A stretch of DNA of 63,857 nucleotides, counting the filler, from Octopus bimaculoides (taxonomy: Eukaryota), in the NCBI RefSeq assembly GCF_001194135.2. It is 12 parts of 11 records of this genome, joined end to end, with 100 filler letters (N's around TTAATTAATTAA, not from the genome) between each part and the next. Parts side by side here need not be neighbours in the genome. Positions count along the whole stretch, not along the records: positions 19,636 to 26,640 come from NC_068988.1; positions 26,741 to 29,542 come from NC_068982.1; positions 29,643 to 33,839 come from NC_068986.1; positions 33,940 to 40,350 come from NC_069000.1; 8 more parts are not named here. One strand, given 5' to 3'. A model generated the notes under the pieces. The model was not told the origin of the DNA and did no database searches. It saw only the letters and a list, made by a program, of their open reading frames with translations. This document shows positions 23,187-36,724 of this stretch, piece by piece. Position numbers and translations under genes: made by a program. Numbering within the stretch: the first letter of the stretch is position 1; every line of letters starts with the position of its first letter.

Positions 23187-26100
23187 TGAAAGGGGTGTAC
23201 CATTATTACTATTATCCTCACAGCATATATGTGTGTGTGTGTGTGTATATATATCTATATCTGTACATATATAATATATATGTATGTATATGTATGTATA
23301 TATATATATACATTTGTGTATATATATATATATATATGTATATGTATATATACTTTTTTTGGTAGTTTTTTTTACTTATTTAGTCCCTTGATAGCGTGAG
23401 GCATTAATACACTATTAATGCCCTTTATATATAATTAAATATATCTATGAATAAACGATGAATTTTTTCATTACGAAATTTTTCGTTATTTTTTCATTAT
23501 GAGGTTTTTTTCACGCTGACTACTTGATAAATTCTTATAAAGAATTTATCCTATATTATATTATAAATAATTAGAATATATTTAGTGCTGAATATTATTC
23601 TGTATAAGCACATGTTACCGAGATGCAACTGGATAAATTCAAATCTCTTTCAGGGATATATAATTGTGAACAAAAGTCATCGTTGCTGTGATGGCTACAT
23701 CGTGGTAGGTTGATTCTTGTTTATTTTTTATATATCTTGACCATACGTGTACTGATGAACAAAAGAATACAGGTTACTTCACAGTTTTTTCTGTATTTGA
23801 TTGAGAAACCAGTGGTNNNNNNNNNNNNNNNNNNNNTTATAATATCAGAAAATTCTTCAGAAAATATATACATGTGCAGAATAATTATTGTATTAAAAAT
23901 ATTATATATAAATATATGCATTAGCTTAATTTTATGAATCAATAAAGGCTAATTATAAAATAATAAAGAAATAAAATAAAATAATCAAGTAGGGCAGAAC
24001 ACCATAGAAAAGGAATAAAATAGCTTAATTACTAATACTATGGTAAAGTATATGTAGCTAATTAACACCAATAGAGAAGATTTATAGAAAAAGTATAATA
24101 ATTCAAAATATATTAGACGAAAAATTATATATTTACTTATTTAGCTAATATGAATAAAAGACTGATGTCTGGTATCAGCTAAAGGAATATTTAAGTTATG
24201 GAACATACATATTTTACACTAATCTTTATTTAATTTTTTTAAAAACTAAGGGTTATATTATCGGTTTAAGAAGTTATTATTGTTACTCCCTACATGATAT
24301 TTATAGTTTCTTAGTGGTATCTGTTTAGAAGGGTTATTTATATATAGGCCCTTATAAAATACTAAGATCAGGAGGGTAGAGTCATTTAAGAAAGAGATAA
24401 ATCAAGTAATTTCTAAAGATCATTTCAAACAATATTGTCTTATTGTACAAAGTTAAAATTCAGGGTAATCAAGAAGATTATTAAGAAAGAAATTTTAACA
24501 AAAGGATAAAACTTCTTTGAATATTTTGAGTATATACCAAATTGCCTTTCATCCTTTTGTGGTATATAAATTAAGTACCAGTTGCATACTGGTGTCAATC
24601 TAATCAACTGGTCCTCTGCCCACAATTTCAGGCCTTGTGCCTATAGTACTCTTTTATTTGTTTCAGTCATTNNNNNNNNNNNNNNNNNNNNNNNNNNNNN
24701 NNNNNNNNNNNNNNNNNNNNNNNNNNNNNNNNNNNNNNNNNNNNNNNNNNNNNNNNNNNNNNNNNNNNNNNNNNNNNNNNNNNNNNNNNNNNNNNNNNNN
24801 NNNNNNNNNNNNNNNNNNNNNNNNNNNNNNNNNNNNNNNNNNNNNNNNNNNNNNNNNNNNNNNNNNNNNNNNNNNNNNNNNNNNNNNNNNNNNNNNNNNN
24901 NNNNNNNNNNNNNNNNNNNNNNNNNNNNNNNNNNNNNNNNNNNNNNNNNNNNNNNNNNNNNNNNNNNNNNNNNNNNNNNNNNNNNNNNNNNNNNNNNNNN
25001 NNNNNNNNNNNNNNNNNNNNNNNNNNNNNNNNNNNNNNNNNNNNNNNNNNNNNNNNNNNNNNNNNNNNNNNNNNNNNNNNNNNNNNNNNNNNNNNNNNNN
25101 NNNNNNNNNNNNNNNNNNNNNNNNNNNNNNNNNNNNNNNNNNNNNNNNNNNNNNNNNNNNNNNNNNNNNNNNNNNNNNNNNNNNNNNNNNNNNNNNNNNN
25201 NNNNNNNNNNNNNNNNNNNNNNNNNNNNNNNNNNNNNNNNNNNNNNNNNNNNNNNNNNNNNNNNNNNNNNNNNNNNNNNNNNNNTATGTATATATATATA
25301 CGACGGGCTTCTTTCAGTTTCCGTCTACCAAATCCACTCACAAGGCTTTGGTCGGCCCGAGGCTATAGTAGAAGACACTTGCCCAAGGTGCCACGCAGTG
25401 GGACTGAACCCGGATCAATGTGGTTGGTAAGCAAGCTACTTACCACACAGCCACTCCTGTGCAGGATTATTATTATAATACTATAATAAATTTCCATACA
25501 TCAAAAGGCCTTAAACTGAAACAAAGTCAGCCTTGCAACCTACTACTAAATAAATACTAAACCTGCCTCTTATTCTCTTAGCCTCTCCAGCCTCAAACAG
25601 TACTTAACAAAACCCCACTCCTTTGAAAACTAACCAATCTACCGCCACCCTCTCCCTACCCACACCTTTCAATTCAATTTCATACTCCTCTCTCTTTACC
25701 ATAACATCACCTCCAATACCAACCTAATTCCTTTGTCCCACTAACAACTAATTGGTACCACCTTCTCACCCCCACTTAACTACTGAACCCATCAACTCAC
25801 TTCCCTCAAATAATAACCATCCATTTTCACTATCTCAGCCTTTAACTCTGTAGCCTTCATACAAACTATCACAATGGTCATCATTCACACGATACCGAAA
25901 CCACCCATCCCTCTTCCTCCCTCCTTCCACCTCTACTAGTATCACTTGCCTCACTATTAACCCTAACCCTGAAATCTATTTTCTCCTCCCATTACGCTCT
26001 ACCTAAACACCCCCAAATCCCATTCCTAATACACTTAGTTCTCCACAAAATCATTCCATCTTTAAGCTCCATCCTGTCAACACCGGAAATGTAAAATTTT

Positions 26101-26534
26101 TCCCTGAAAATGGTGGTGGTGTTATCCGATAATGGAACCAAGTAACTATCATTATTCCGGGCCATTAAGCCCCCAGAAACATTTAACTCTGATATCATTT
26201 ATATTCTGTGTATTATGTGCATACACATGTACAAATTAAATTTGTTCCATGGAGGATAGTGGCAGACAGAAAACAAGACGAGAAAACGAAACGGTGAAAT
26301 AAACAAACAAAAAAGGCTATACAGCCAGACGTGGAAAAGTATGTGTATATTGAACGCTGTGAAGTACAAACTGGAAGGAAAAGGGACGAAGAAGAATGTT
26401 CGTATAAGCTTGGCGAGGCCAAGAATGAAAAGAATTAGTAGCTGGACATATGTGACCAGCGAGGGGTAGGGAGAATGAGCGGTAGAGGAAGAAATAGGGG
26501 AGGAAGTAGAATATAAGTGAGCAACAAGAGATAG

Positions 26535-26570
<36 letters not shown>

Positions 26571-26847
26571 AGTAGTGACGGGGAGAGGCGAAGAACAGTA
26601 GAATGAAGAATGAGAGGGGGACACACACACACACATATATNNNNNNNNNNNNNNNNNNNNNNNNNNNNNNNNNNNNNNNNNNNNTTAATTAATTAANNNN
26701 NNNNNNNNNNNNNNNNNNNNNNNNNNNNNNNNNNNNNNNNAAAGAATAGGCCCTGGGGTCAATTTCTTTGACTAAAACCCTTTAAGGCGGTGCTTCAGCA
26801 TGGCTGCAATCAAATGACTGAAAGAAGTAAAAGAATAAAAAAAAAAA

Positions 26848-26882
<35 letters not shown>

Positions 26883-28009
26883 ATACATACACACACACAG
26901 AGACACACATATTTTTAAATAATATGTGACAAATAATGTGACATCGCTTGACAACCGATGCTGGTGTGTTTACGTCACCGTCACTTAGTGGTTCAACAAA
27001 AAGAGACCGATAGAATAAGTACTAGGCTTCCAAAGAATAAGTACTGGGGTCGATTTGCTCAACTAAAGGCGGTGCTCCAGCATGGCCACATTCAAATGAC
27101 TGAAACAAGTAAAAGAGAAAAAGAGAGTATAAGAACTTAGGGATAAATTGGCCAACAGTTAAAATTCAACTTGGAACCGGAACAATAGAATGATTGCATT
27201 ACAGAATTAATACTCATCCGTCCTTAACCTCTGATCAAACACCACTGAGTCATGCAGTCATTATAAACATATTACAGTCATGCTATTCAACTTTCTCTAA
27301 TTTTAGCCCAATTAGCCCTCCACAGAAGCTAGCTTAAATGTTTGCTCAGAGTGTAGCTTTTAAGCTAATATATATATATATATATATATAATATGTGAAA
27401 ATGAAGTCAAGCCAAATTATATAATTTAATGCTAGCACGAATTAGCCTATCCTGACTCCATTTATGCAGATATTCTAATTAGGATTTGGAGTATGTTAAA
27501 TTTTGATCAAATCAAAAATTCTGGCACCATGCATTGCTTGTAAGCAAAACAGGAAATTATATATGTGTGTATATAAGTTTGTGGGTGTGGTGTATGTGTT
27601 GTACTCTTGACATCATGTGATTATTGTAAATTTGTAAACAAGCGTCACTGTCATTCAAGCAGCATTATTTATTCCTTGAAGAGTGGGGAAATATTATCTC
27701 GCTCGTAACAATTGAGATTTAGCAACATCCGGCTCTAGAAAACCTGCCTCAGCAAATTCTGTCTGACACATGCAGGCATTGAAAAATACATGTTAAACAA
27801 TGATGAAGATGATGGTGACTGTTGTGGTAGTGATGATAAAAACAATGATTATGATGATAGCAACGACATGTATGTGTGTGTGTGTGTGTGTGCGCGCGCG
27901 CGCATGTGAGTACGAGTGTGTGTGTGCGTGTGTGTGTTTGTATGTGTGTGTTTGTGTGTGTGTGTCAGTGTCTGTGTGTCTGTGAACACATCGTTTAATG
28001 TAAACTATA

Positions 28010-28891
28010 CAGGGTTCAGTGAATAAACTGTCATCAAAATTACGCAAAAATGAAAATAACACTGACATCTCATTTTAACAGATATATTTGCCAAAATTAC
28101 ATTAAAATATTTTGAAACACTAAAGAGTAAATTTATTCAATAAAATCACCATTTGCTTCAACCTTGACCTCCAGACGACTTTGGAATCTCCTGTAACTCT
28201 TCTGGATAATCTCCTATAACTCTTCTGGATAATCTCCTTGTTTAAGTTGGTGATTGTTGCCATAATCCTTTCCTTCAGTTCATCTGTGGTTTTTGCAAGG
28301 GATTTTGTTGGCCTCTCGCTCAACTATGCCCCACACATAATAATTAAGGGGATTGTAGTCTGGGGAGTTAGGTAGCCAGATGTTAGGGGTGATGTGGTCA
28401 CAGAAATTGTCTGACAGCCATGACTGGGCTCCTGCTTTTGTGGCATGGTGCAGAGTCCTGTTACCAGATGTAGGGTCTTCCAGCAGCCACCTTCTTGGCG
28501 CAGGGGAGCACTATCCCCTCCAAGCACTTGATGTAGGCCTCCGTCTTGAGTCAGAGGCCATGTGGGAAAATAAATGGAGGCATAATGTCGCCATCACTAG
28601 TGATCATTCCAAACACCATGATGTTGACTGGATGTTTGATTTTCATCACACTCGGTACATGTCCTCAGATTTCTCCCAAACACTCTGAAATGTTCATATT
28701 GGAGCTTCCAGTGCAAATGCCAATCAGTGCAGCATGTTGTTTCCAAATTACTGGTAGAGTGAATTGCATCATGGTGCTGTTTTTCTCACAGATGGTGCCC
28801 AACTGACCCTACTATACTGTCTAGTTGACAAAATCAAAAGCATGCACAAAATTAAAATATAAAATGGTGACAATTTACTCATCACACCCTG
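28010..28891 (-). mobile_element. Tc1/mariner DNA transposon relic (maT/DD37D-like), internally deleted
   Basis: Imperfect TIRs CAGGGTTCAGTGAATAAACTGTCATCA / CAGGGTGTGATGAGTAAATTGTCACCA, flanked by TA. Minus-strand remnants KHPVNIMVFGMITSDGDIMPPFIFPHGL, W*QDSAPCH and WLPNSPDYNPLNYYVWG. Spacing fits DD37D if one frameshift is allowed. Confidence 0.85.
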
Positions 28892-29074
28892 TATTTACAG
28901 GGTGAGCCAAAAGTCATGCACAGAATAAGTTCAAATACCCTTTGTAATTGTCAGACATGTTTCAATTTTTCTAAAACTGAATAAAATAAAAAAAAGATAA
29001 TGAGAAATGCAAAACATACTTGAACATGATGATCAAAATGAATCATCATAATCATCATAATCATCATAATCATC

Positions 29075-29410
29075 ATCATCATCATCATTTAATGTCCACT
29101 CTCCAAGCTGGCATGGGTTAGATGGTTTGACTGGAGCTGATGAACCGGAGACCTAGACCAGGCTCCGTTGTCTGTTTTGGCATGGTTTCTATAGCTGGCT
29201 GCCCTTCCTAATGCCACCCACTCCAGGAGTGTAATGGATGCTTTTTATGTGCCACCAGCATGGATGTCATTTTCATGACACTGGCAATGACCATGACTAC
29301 GATGCACAAGCGCCATTTACATGGTACTGGCAACAACCACAACTACAATTCATGGGTGCCATTTACATGGCTTGTCAATGACCATGACTACAATTCACAG
29401 GTGTCATTTA
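29075..29410 (-). mobile_element. RTE-related 3' tail copy with about 44-bp tandem repeats, CpG-decayed
   Basis: (CAT)n then tttaatgtccactctccaagctggcatgggtt.., homologous to 43340-43520. Three copies of the caatgaccatgactac..catttaca unit at about 29285-29412. Confidence 0.7.
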
Positions 29411-29789
29411 CAAGGAATAATAATAATAATAATAATAATGATAATAATAATAATAATAATAATAATCTTTTCTACTGAAAGCACAAGGCCTGAAATTGTG
29501 AGGGAGGGCACTAGTTGATTACATTGACTCCAGTGTATCACTNNNNNNNNNNNNNNNNNNNNNNNNNNNNNNNNNNNNNNNNNNNNTTAATTAATTAANN
29601 NNNNNNNNNNNNNNNNNNNNNNNNNNNNNNNNNNNNNNNNNNCACACACACACACGTAATTCTTTTGGCTTTATGTCTATGCAAGAAAAATTAATATTTA
29701 GTCTCATCTACTTCCGGTCCGAGCTCAATAAAACTCTTCTCGAATTTACATTGCAACCAACCGGGTCGATTCAATAAGGTAAGTGTTGG

Positions 29790-30159
29790 TCATATAGTGA
29801 AATCGATGCAGGCGACCACACCTGTTCACCGTCCAGGAAGCGCCTGAGATGTCGTAGCCTGAGCGCATGTTTGCGCATCAGCAACCACGGCATGCCAAGG
29901 CCTCCGTTCAGCGGCTGTTGACAGCAGATAGAGCGCCTGACCAGTGGTACCTGACCCTTCCACAAAAAGTTGAAGAGCAAGCGTACTATCTTGGTTAACC
30001 AGCGGTCGGGACAAGGGACGACGGTCAAACGGTAATAGATGACGGATGCGATGTACGCATTCGCTACCTCCGCTCGACCTTTCAAGGAGAGCTTCCTCTC
30101 AGCCCATTTCTGGGTGAGGTTGGCCACCCTGTTCGTCACTTCTTCCCAGTTTTTCTCCA

Positions 30160-30160
<1 letters not shown>
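29790..30160 (-). mobile_element. L1/Tx1-clade LINE ORF2 fragment (region C-terminal to the RT core)
   Basis: EKNWEEVTNRVANLTQKWAERKLSLKGRAEVANAYIASVIYYRLTVVPCPDRWLTKIVRLLFNFLWKGQVPLVRRSICCQQPLNGGLGMP matches the W..R.LSL.GR...S...Y..FLW.G...P...GGLG signature of L1/Tx1 ORF2. Confidence 0.88.
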
Positions 30161-30194
<34 letters not shown>

Positions 30195-30639
30195 TTTTTA
30201 ACTTTTGTGTAATATCACACGTTTGTATAGTAACATCTAAGACACGTTATACATTGAATTGAAAGACTTCGACAAAATGAGATTATCTAAGCAATTAATA
30301 AGCAAACACTTCCTCTAAGTGTCTAAAAATCTGAGCGACACTGCAGAAAGATAACGTTAACAAGATCACATGATTGGAATTTTCAACTAACGTACACAAT
30401 TTCCCATTGTAGTGGGTATACAGTACTTACAAGCGACCAAAATACACAACTCTTATGTGAGTCGTAGCTAAATCCTGCAAGATATATTGTCCGATGTTCT
30501 ACCGATTCTTCCAACTTTGATAATGGCGTCTACCTGTTGGGGATCGTTGTGGTTTTCGTCACTGTTTACAATTATCATTTTTAAAATGTTTAATGTATCA
30601 TATAGATAACGCTGAATCCGAATTTGTTATTCATTTATT

Positions 30640-31260
30640 CCAGAAAAGTGTTATAGGTGTTCAAAGTTTGATAATTTTCAGAATTTTCAGCCAATCAGAA
30701 AACAGCGCGTTCGCTGCTTCTTCTGTCATCGGTGCGGGGTGGAGGATCGGCATGTCAAAACATTGCTACTTCCTTTGTACACGCACACACATACACACAT
30801 ATACTCACACAGAGTTGAAACGCTGTTTGAGTTTCCTTTTAAGCATTGAATGTTCACCGTATCACTTTATTGCACACATACATACACACACACAAACATT
30901 CACATACCTCCCTTCTACATGCACACACATATACTCACACAGAGTTGAAAAGCTCCCTCTACCAGTTTGCCATCACCCCTTCCTTCTTTATACAACTATC
31001 ACCCCTTTCCTTTCTCATTTATCTATCACTCCTTCCTTTCTCATTCATATGTTGTGACGGAGAAAAAAACGAGAATGTTATTATAGTAAGAAGATATCTT
31101 TCTCGTCCTTGTGCACATGCGCAGCATCTTTGGTTATTATGGAAACGGAGTTTTTCGTCACGGTGATGTGTAAAATACGCGCTTCTGATTGGCTAAAATA
31201 CCCAAATTTTGAAAATTTTAAAGGCTAATAACTTTTTAACTATGTATTCATTTGAAAAAT
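30640..31260. mobile_element. Possible decayed non-autonomous DNA transposon
   Basis: Inward-facing AGCCAATCAGAA..GCGCGT (about 30689-30710) and ACGCGCTTCTGATTGGCT (about 31179-31196), with weakly similar AT-rich outer flanks. Confidence 0.35.
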
Positions 31261-32064
31261 GAATTTATTTATGAATTTTATTTATGATAAAAATGAATTT
31301 TATTTATAATTTCACTAGGAAAATTCTATTCATAAAAATTTTTATTAGGAGTGTTTCTTAAACCGTTAGCTTCACATTTCAACAGCTTAACTGAAATCTA
31401 GCACACGTAACAAGAGGGATATCGTGGAACAGAGAAACTGCGGGTGATACAGATAATTTGACATTATTTTTTAATTCTGCATGCAAAAATGTATAAGATA
31501 CAGGTATTCTTTTCATTGGGACCAATTCTTTGTTGACCAATATTATTCTTATCGTAGTTTACAAAACCAAGCATGAAAACGTTACTCAGCTTTGGAGTTT
31601 TGGAGACAGACGCCCCCTTTTCACATATACACACACATAATGAATAGAGAAAAGAAACAGTAAGATGATACATGTTGATTTTATTAACCCTAACCCTAAC
31701 CCTAATTTTTGCTTATTTAGAAACCTACAATGAAATTAGGCATTTCTGTTTATTTGGAAACCTACAATGAACAGGTCAGACGCTAAACTACAAATTTCAC
31801 AGGGTACAACCTTAAAGTTGACACCACTCCGCTAAACGCAAAAAATTTCTGTTTTGCTATTGGCTAAAAATACCCAGTTTTTTCAATTTTTAAACCTCAG
31901 TAACATTTTTCTCCAATTTCTTTCTCCACAACATCAAACCTTCAAAGCAATGAGACTGGAAGGCTACATTATTATAGCCGATTTTCAGATCTTTTACTTC
32001 CTTTTAAAAAATGTACATTTTGCGAATGACAAAAACTAGATCCAAGAATATAAAGGGCAGTACT

Positions 32065-32292
32065 ATGTGACCAAGCTACCAGCTAGAAATACCAACCAAA
32101 TCTTTCTCAACTCATATAACACCATTTGAAAACTAGTTCACATTAAACAATGTAATCCTTGGGGTGTGGGTGGGGGGTAATAGAAAGGCCAGATCTACGT
32201 GGTGAAACTACCCGCTAGAAATAACCAAATCGTTTCCAACTTATAACCTTACCATATGGAAACAAGGTCACCTTAGACATTATAATCCTAGA
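32065..32292. repeat. Two diverged direct repeats of about 85-90 bp
   Basis: ctaccagctagaaataccaaccaaatc..aatgtaatcct and ctacccgctagaaataaccaaatc..attataatcct. Confidence 0.6.
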
Positions 32293-32825
32293 TATGTAAT
32301 GCCAGGAGGATGGGAAATAAAAAGATTGAATTGTTACAGGTGGAACACCTTTGATCGTAGATCAAAGCCTGACCTGGGGTTAAACAGCAAAAAAAAAAAA
32401 AATGAAAAAGAATACAACGAAAAACAAAAACAAAAACAATTCAATTCACAGTTAGTTGCTAATGCGAAAGTACACGGTAGTTTCCTTCATTAATTGTCTT
32501 CTTGTCGATTGTTTATCGATAAACAGTTGTCTTTCTTTTATAGTTGTCGTCGCTCTCCTGTTAAGGAAGTAGGCATTTCTTTTACAGAACCATCCCTTAT
32601 ATTGCGCCAACAGCAACGATTCAGGAATTGGGTTATTTTGATATTGTTTTTAAAAAGAGAAAAAGAAAGAAAGAAAGAAACGTGCGTTTTATATGGAACG
32701 TCCAACCTATCCATAAAATTAATAACGTCCACGTCTTCAAACACTAAATTAACAACACTAGTGTCTACTCCTCCTCCCACTCCGTCCCATCTCTTCTTCT
32801 TCTTCTTCTTCTTCTTCTTCTTCTT

Positions 32826-32875
<50 letters not shown>

Positions 32876-33801
32876 CTCCCCCACCTTCATCTTGTGTTTG
32901 TTTCAAGTATTATACCATTAGATGTTATTTCAAGTAAGCGATTTCGATTCCCGTTTTCTTATTATCATCATCATTTTCACCACCACCACCACCACCACCA
33001 AAGCCACCAACACCACCAAATTCCCACCACCACCATTATTATCGTCAACATCATCATCTTTTGCAAATATTATTCTACAGAATATTGTCACTGTTCCATT
33101 CATTGCATCTAGAATGGTTTTCAGATGTCGTTAAATCAACGCTTCTGACAAATAAGTGGTTGATTATTCTATGTACATAAATCCTTTTTTATCTTAAATG
33201 GAATTACTAATTAGTAATGCAGAAATTAATTATCTGCCATTGCTCATCACTGAGTAGGAACAATGTGTGAAATTATTCTTCAACATAAACAATTCAGCGA
33301 ATCATTCGCATTACTTACCGGTTTCTACTTAGAACACATAATCATCGGCAACATACGGAGTATGCTCTAAAACACCCAAGGATGCTTTCAAGATTATTAT
33401 CAGAGAAGCAAGCGATACTTATGATTATCGTATGAAGCCTAAAATTTCTGTAGTTTCCCAAATTTCAGCTGGCACTGTTGATCTTTCGAGATGAAGATCT
33501 AGACAAACACGACAAGATCCGTTTGTCAACCCCCTACACCGAGACACATGAAAACGGCACATCACATGAAAACAGTACAGAGACTTACTCTTTTACTCTT
33601 TTACTTGTTTTAGTCATTTGACTGCGGCCATGCTGGAGCACCGTCTTTAGTCGAGCAAATCGACCCCAGGACTTATTCTTTGTAAGCTTAGACCTTATTC
33701 TATCGGTCTCTTTTTGCCGAACCGCTAAGTTACGGGGACGTAAACACACCAGCATCGGTTGTCAAGCGATGGTGGTGGGATAAACATAGATACACAAACA
33801 C

Positions 33802-33832
<31 letters not shown>

Positions 33833-33939
33833 CATATATNNNNNNNNNNNNNNNNNNNNNNNNNNNNNNNNNNNNNNNNNNNNTTAATTAATTAANNNNN
33901 NNNNNNNNNNNNNNNNNNNNNNNNNNNNNNNNNNNNNNN

Positions 33940-34290
33940 GGATATGTTTTACATATTATTGATCTAATGGATCTCCCTGTTTTTTCTATAACATTTATCC
34001 TCAACTTGGTACTTTTGAGGATTTTTCGAAATCTGCGGGCCAGTTCTCCGTGTGGCGTGGCGTCCACAAGCATTACTCCCTGGAACTTGTCGGTATTGTA
34101 CCACGTGGTCTTTCTGTTTGTTTTGTCACTAATCCTTTGTAGTCTATTCCACTGTTTGTTACGGTATCTAGGTTGTGTTCCATCTGTATCTTTGACAACA
34201 ATCTCCTCAAATTTCTTGTTAGCTCCTCTGTATACCCGGATTCTATCTTTCTGGCTGTATCCCGAAAATTGCATGCGATGCATGACTAGG
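33940..34290 (-). mobile_element. Penelope-like element fragment (region between RT and GIY-YIG)
   Basis: MQFSGYSQKDRIRVY..QPRYRNKQWNRLQRISDKTNRKTTWY..VMLVDATPHGELARRFRKILKSTKLRINVIEKTGRSIRSII resembles the SGY..R..PLYR..W.R..R..K..W..V.V..TP..EL..VVE..G.S linker of PLEs. Truncated by a gap and a (TA)n repeat. Confidence 0.7.
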
Positions 34291-34293
34291 TCT

Positions 34294-34393
<100 letters not shown>

Positions 34394-35907
34394 CATATAA
34401 AATACATCATGTACGAATGAAAAATACATAATGAGAGACAAGTACGGGACAAAATACCACAAGAAGTCTAACTCCTGCTCAGTTGTCGTCTGTTCCTTAC
34501 TCCCTACACGCATGCAAACATACAATGTATACACCTTTGCTTGCCTGTTCGTGTGTCTTTATGTTTGTCTCCCCTCGCACCGTTTAACTCCCCGTAACTT
34601 TGCTTTTAGACATAAGAGAGAGAGAGAGAGAGATATACGATAAGTACTAAACTTAAAAACAGTATCGGAGTCAATTTGTTCAACTAACCATTCAAAGTAC
34701 TGCTCCAGCATGACCGCAGTCCGTTGACTGAAAAAAAAAAGAGTAAAAGAGGAAAAAGGTTGATACTGAGGCAAAGTAGCAAGCCAACAGTTCTCTGCCA
34801 ACTCAGTGATTTAATTCTTGGTTAGAAGATTTGTCCGTTGTATGTGAACCCAAAGATCATTTAAATGAACACTTGAGCAGCAAAACGTTAACACCTGTAT
34901 GCCNNNNNNNNNNNNNNNNNNNNNNNNNNNNNNNNNNNNNNNNNNNNNNNNNNNNNNNNNNNNNNNNNNNNNNNNNNNNNNNNNNNNNNNNNNNNNNNNN
35001 NNNNNNNNNNNNNNNNNNNNNNNNNNNNNNNNNNNNNNNNNNNNNNNNNNNNNNNNNNNNNNNNNNNNNNNNNNNNNNNNNNNNNNNNNNNNNNNNNNNN
35101 NNNNNNNNNNNNNNNNNNNNNNNNNNNNNNNNNNNNNNNNNNNNNNNNNNNNNNNNNNNNNNNNNNNNNNNNNNNNNNNNNNNNNNNNNNNNNNNNNNNN
35201 NNNNNNNNNNNNCTGGGATCGATTTGCTCGACTAAAAAGGCGGTGCTCCAGCATGGCCGCAGTCGAATGACTGAAACAAGTAAAAGAGTAAAAGAGTAAA
35301 AGAGGGTATATTCTTTCCCGATAAATTATTATTGAATTCTATTTCTTATTCCAGATTTTTAATTCAAATAATTTTAGCCCTTTTTCCGTTCTTTTTTATT
35401 TAATTGTTCGTATAAGAGCTTTACATTACCACTGCAGTCCTGTGAAACTTTGGGGCTTGTCTATTTTGCGATAACCACACGTTGACTAAAGCCACTTGAG
35501 TAAAAATTGGTAGACATACACTGTGTGAAAGTGTAACGGTTGGACAGTTCCTGTTCTTTAGGGATAGGCTCAATCCGTGGCAGAAGGCGCTCCAGTTTGA
35601 GGATAACTTCCTCTTTCTCTTATCTCGCAGGCCCTGTAAATGTTCATAGACACGGATCTTCGTTCTTTGACGAAATTAATGGTAAAAACAGTATATAAGT
35701 TACAACCACATGCAATTACTACTGGTTCGTGGAAGTCAACTTTTTCTGGTAAAGGCGTTTTCCCTTAATGTTTTGATTTCCTGATTTGGTGTTATTAATA
35801 TTTCCTCTAAGTTTGGAGTGCTAAATTTCTGTTCTTTTTAGTCATATTAGATGTAGTTGGTTAGTGATGAACATAATGAACATACTCTATGTTAGTATAT
35901 AAAAACT

Positions 35908-35975
<68 letters not shown>

Positions 35976-36693
35976 NNNNNNNNNNNNNNNNNNNNNNNNN
36001 NNNNNNNNNNNNNNNNNNNNNNNNNNNNNNNNNNNNNNNNNNNNNNNNNNNNNNNNNNNNNNNNNNNNNNNNNNNNNNNNNNNNNNNNNNNNNNNNNNNN
36101 NNNNNNNNNNNNNNNNNNNNNNNNNNNNNNNNNNNNNNNNNNNNNNNNNNNNNNNNNNNNNNNNNNNNNNNNNNNNNNNNNNNNNNNNNNNNNNNNNNNN
36201 NNNNNNNNNNNNNNNNNNNNNNNNNNNNNNNNNNNNNNNNNNNNNNNNNNNNNNNNNNNNNNNNNNNNNNNNNNNNNNNNNNNNNNNNNNNNNNNNNNNN
36301 NNNNNNNNNNNNNNNNNNNNNNNNNNNNNNNNNNNNNNNNNNNNNNNNNNNNNNNNNNNNNNNNNNNNNNNNNNNNNNNNNNNNNNNNNNNNNNNNNNNN
36401 NNNNNNNNNNNNNNNNNNNNNNNNNNNNNNNNNNNNNNNNNNNNNNNNNNNNNNNNNNNNNNNNNNNNNNNNNNNNNNNNNNNNNNNNNNNNNNNNNNNN
36501 NNNNNNNNNNNNNNNNNNNNNNNNNNNNNNNNNNNNNNNNNNNNNNNNNNNNNNNNNNNNNNNNNNNNNNNNNNNNNNNNNNNNNNNNNNNNNNNNNNNN
36601 NNNNNNNNNNNNNNNNNNNNNNNNNNNNNNNNNNNNNNNNNNNNNNNNNNNNNNNNNNNNNNNNNNNNNNNNNNNNNNNNNNNNNNNNNNNNN

Positions 36694-36724
<31 letters not shown>

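Noticed and set aside
31685-31705. (TAACCC)3 as interstitial telomere
   Set aside because: Only three units; such short runs are common inside invertebrate repeats.
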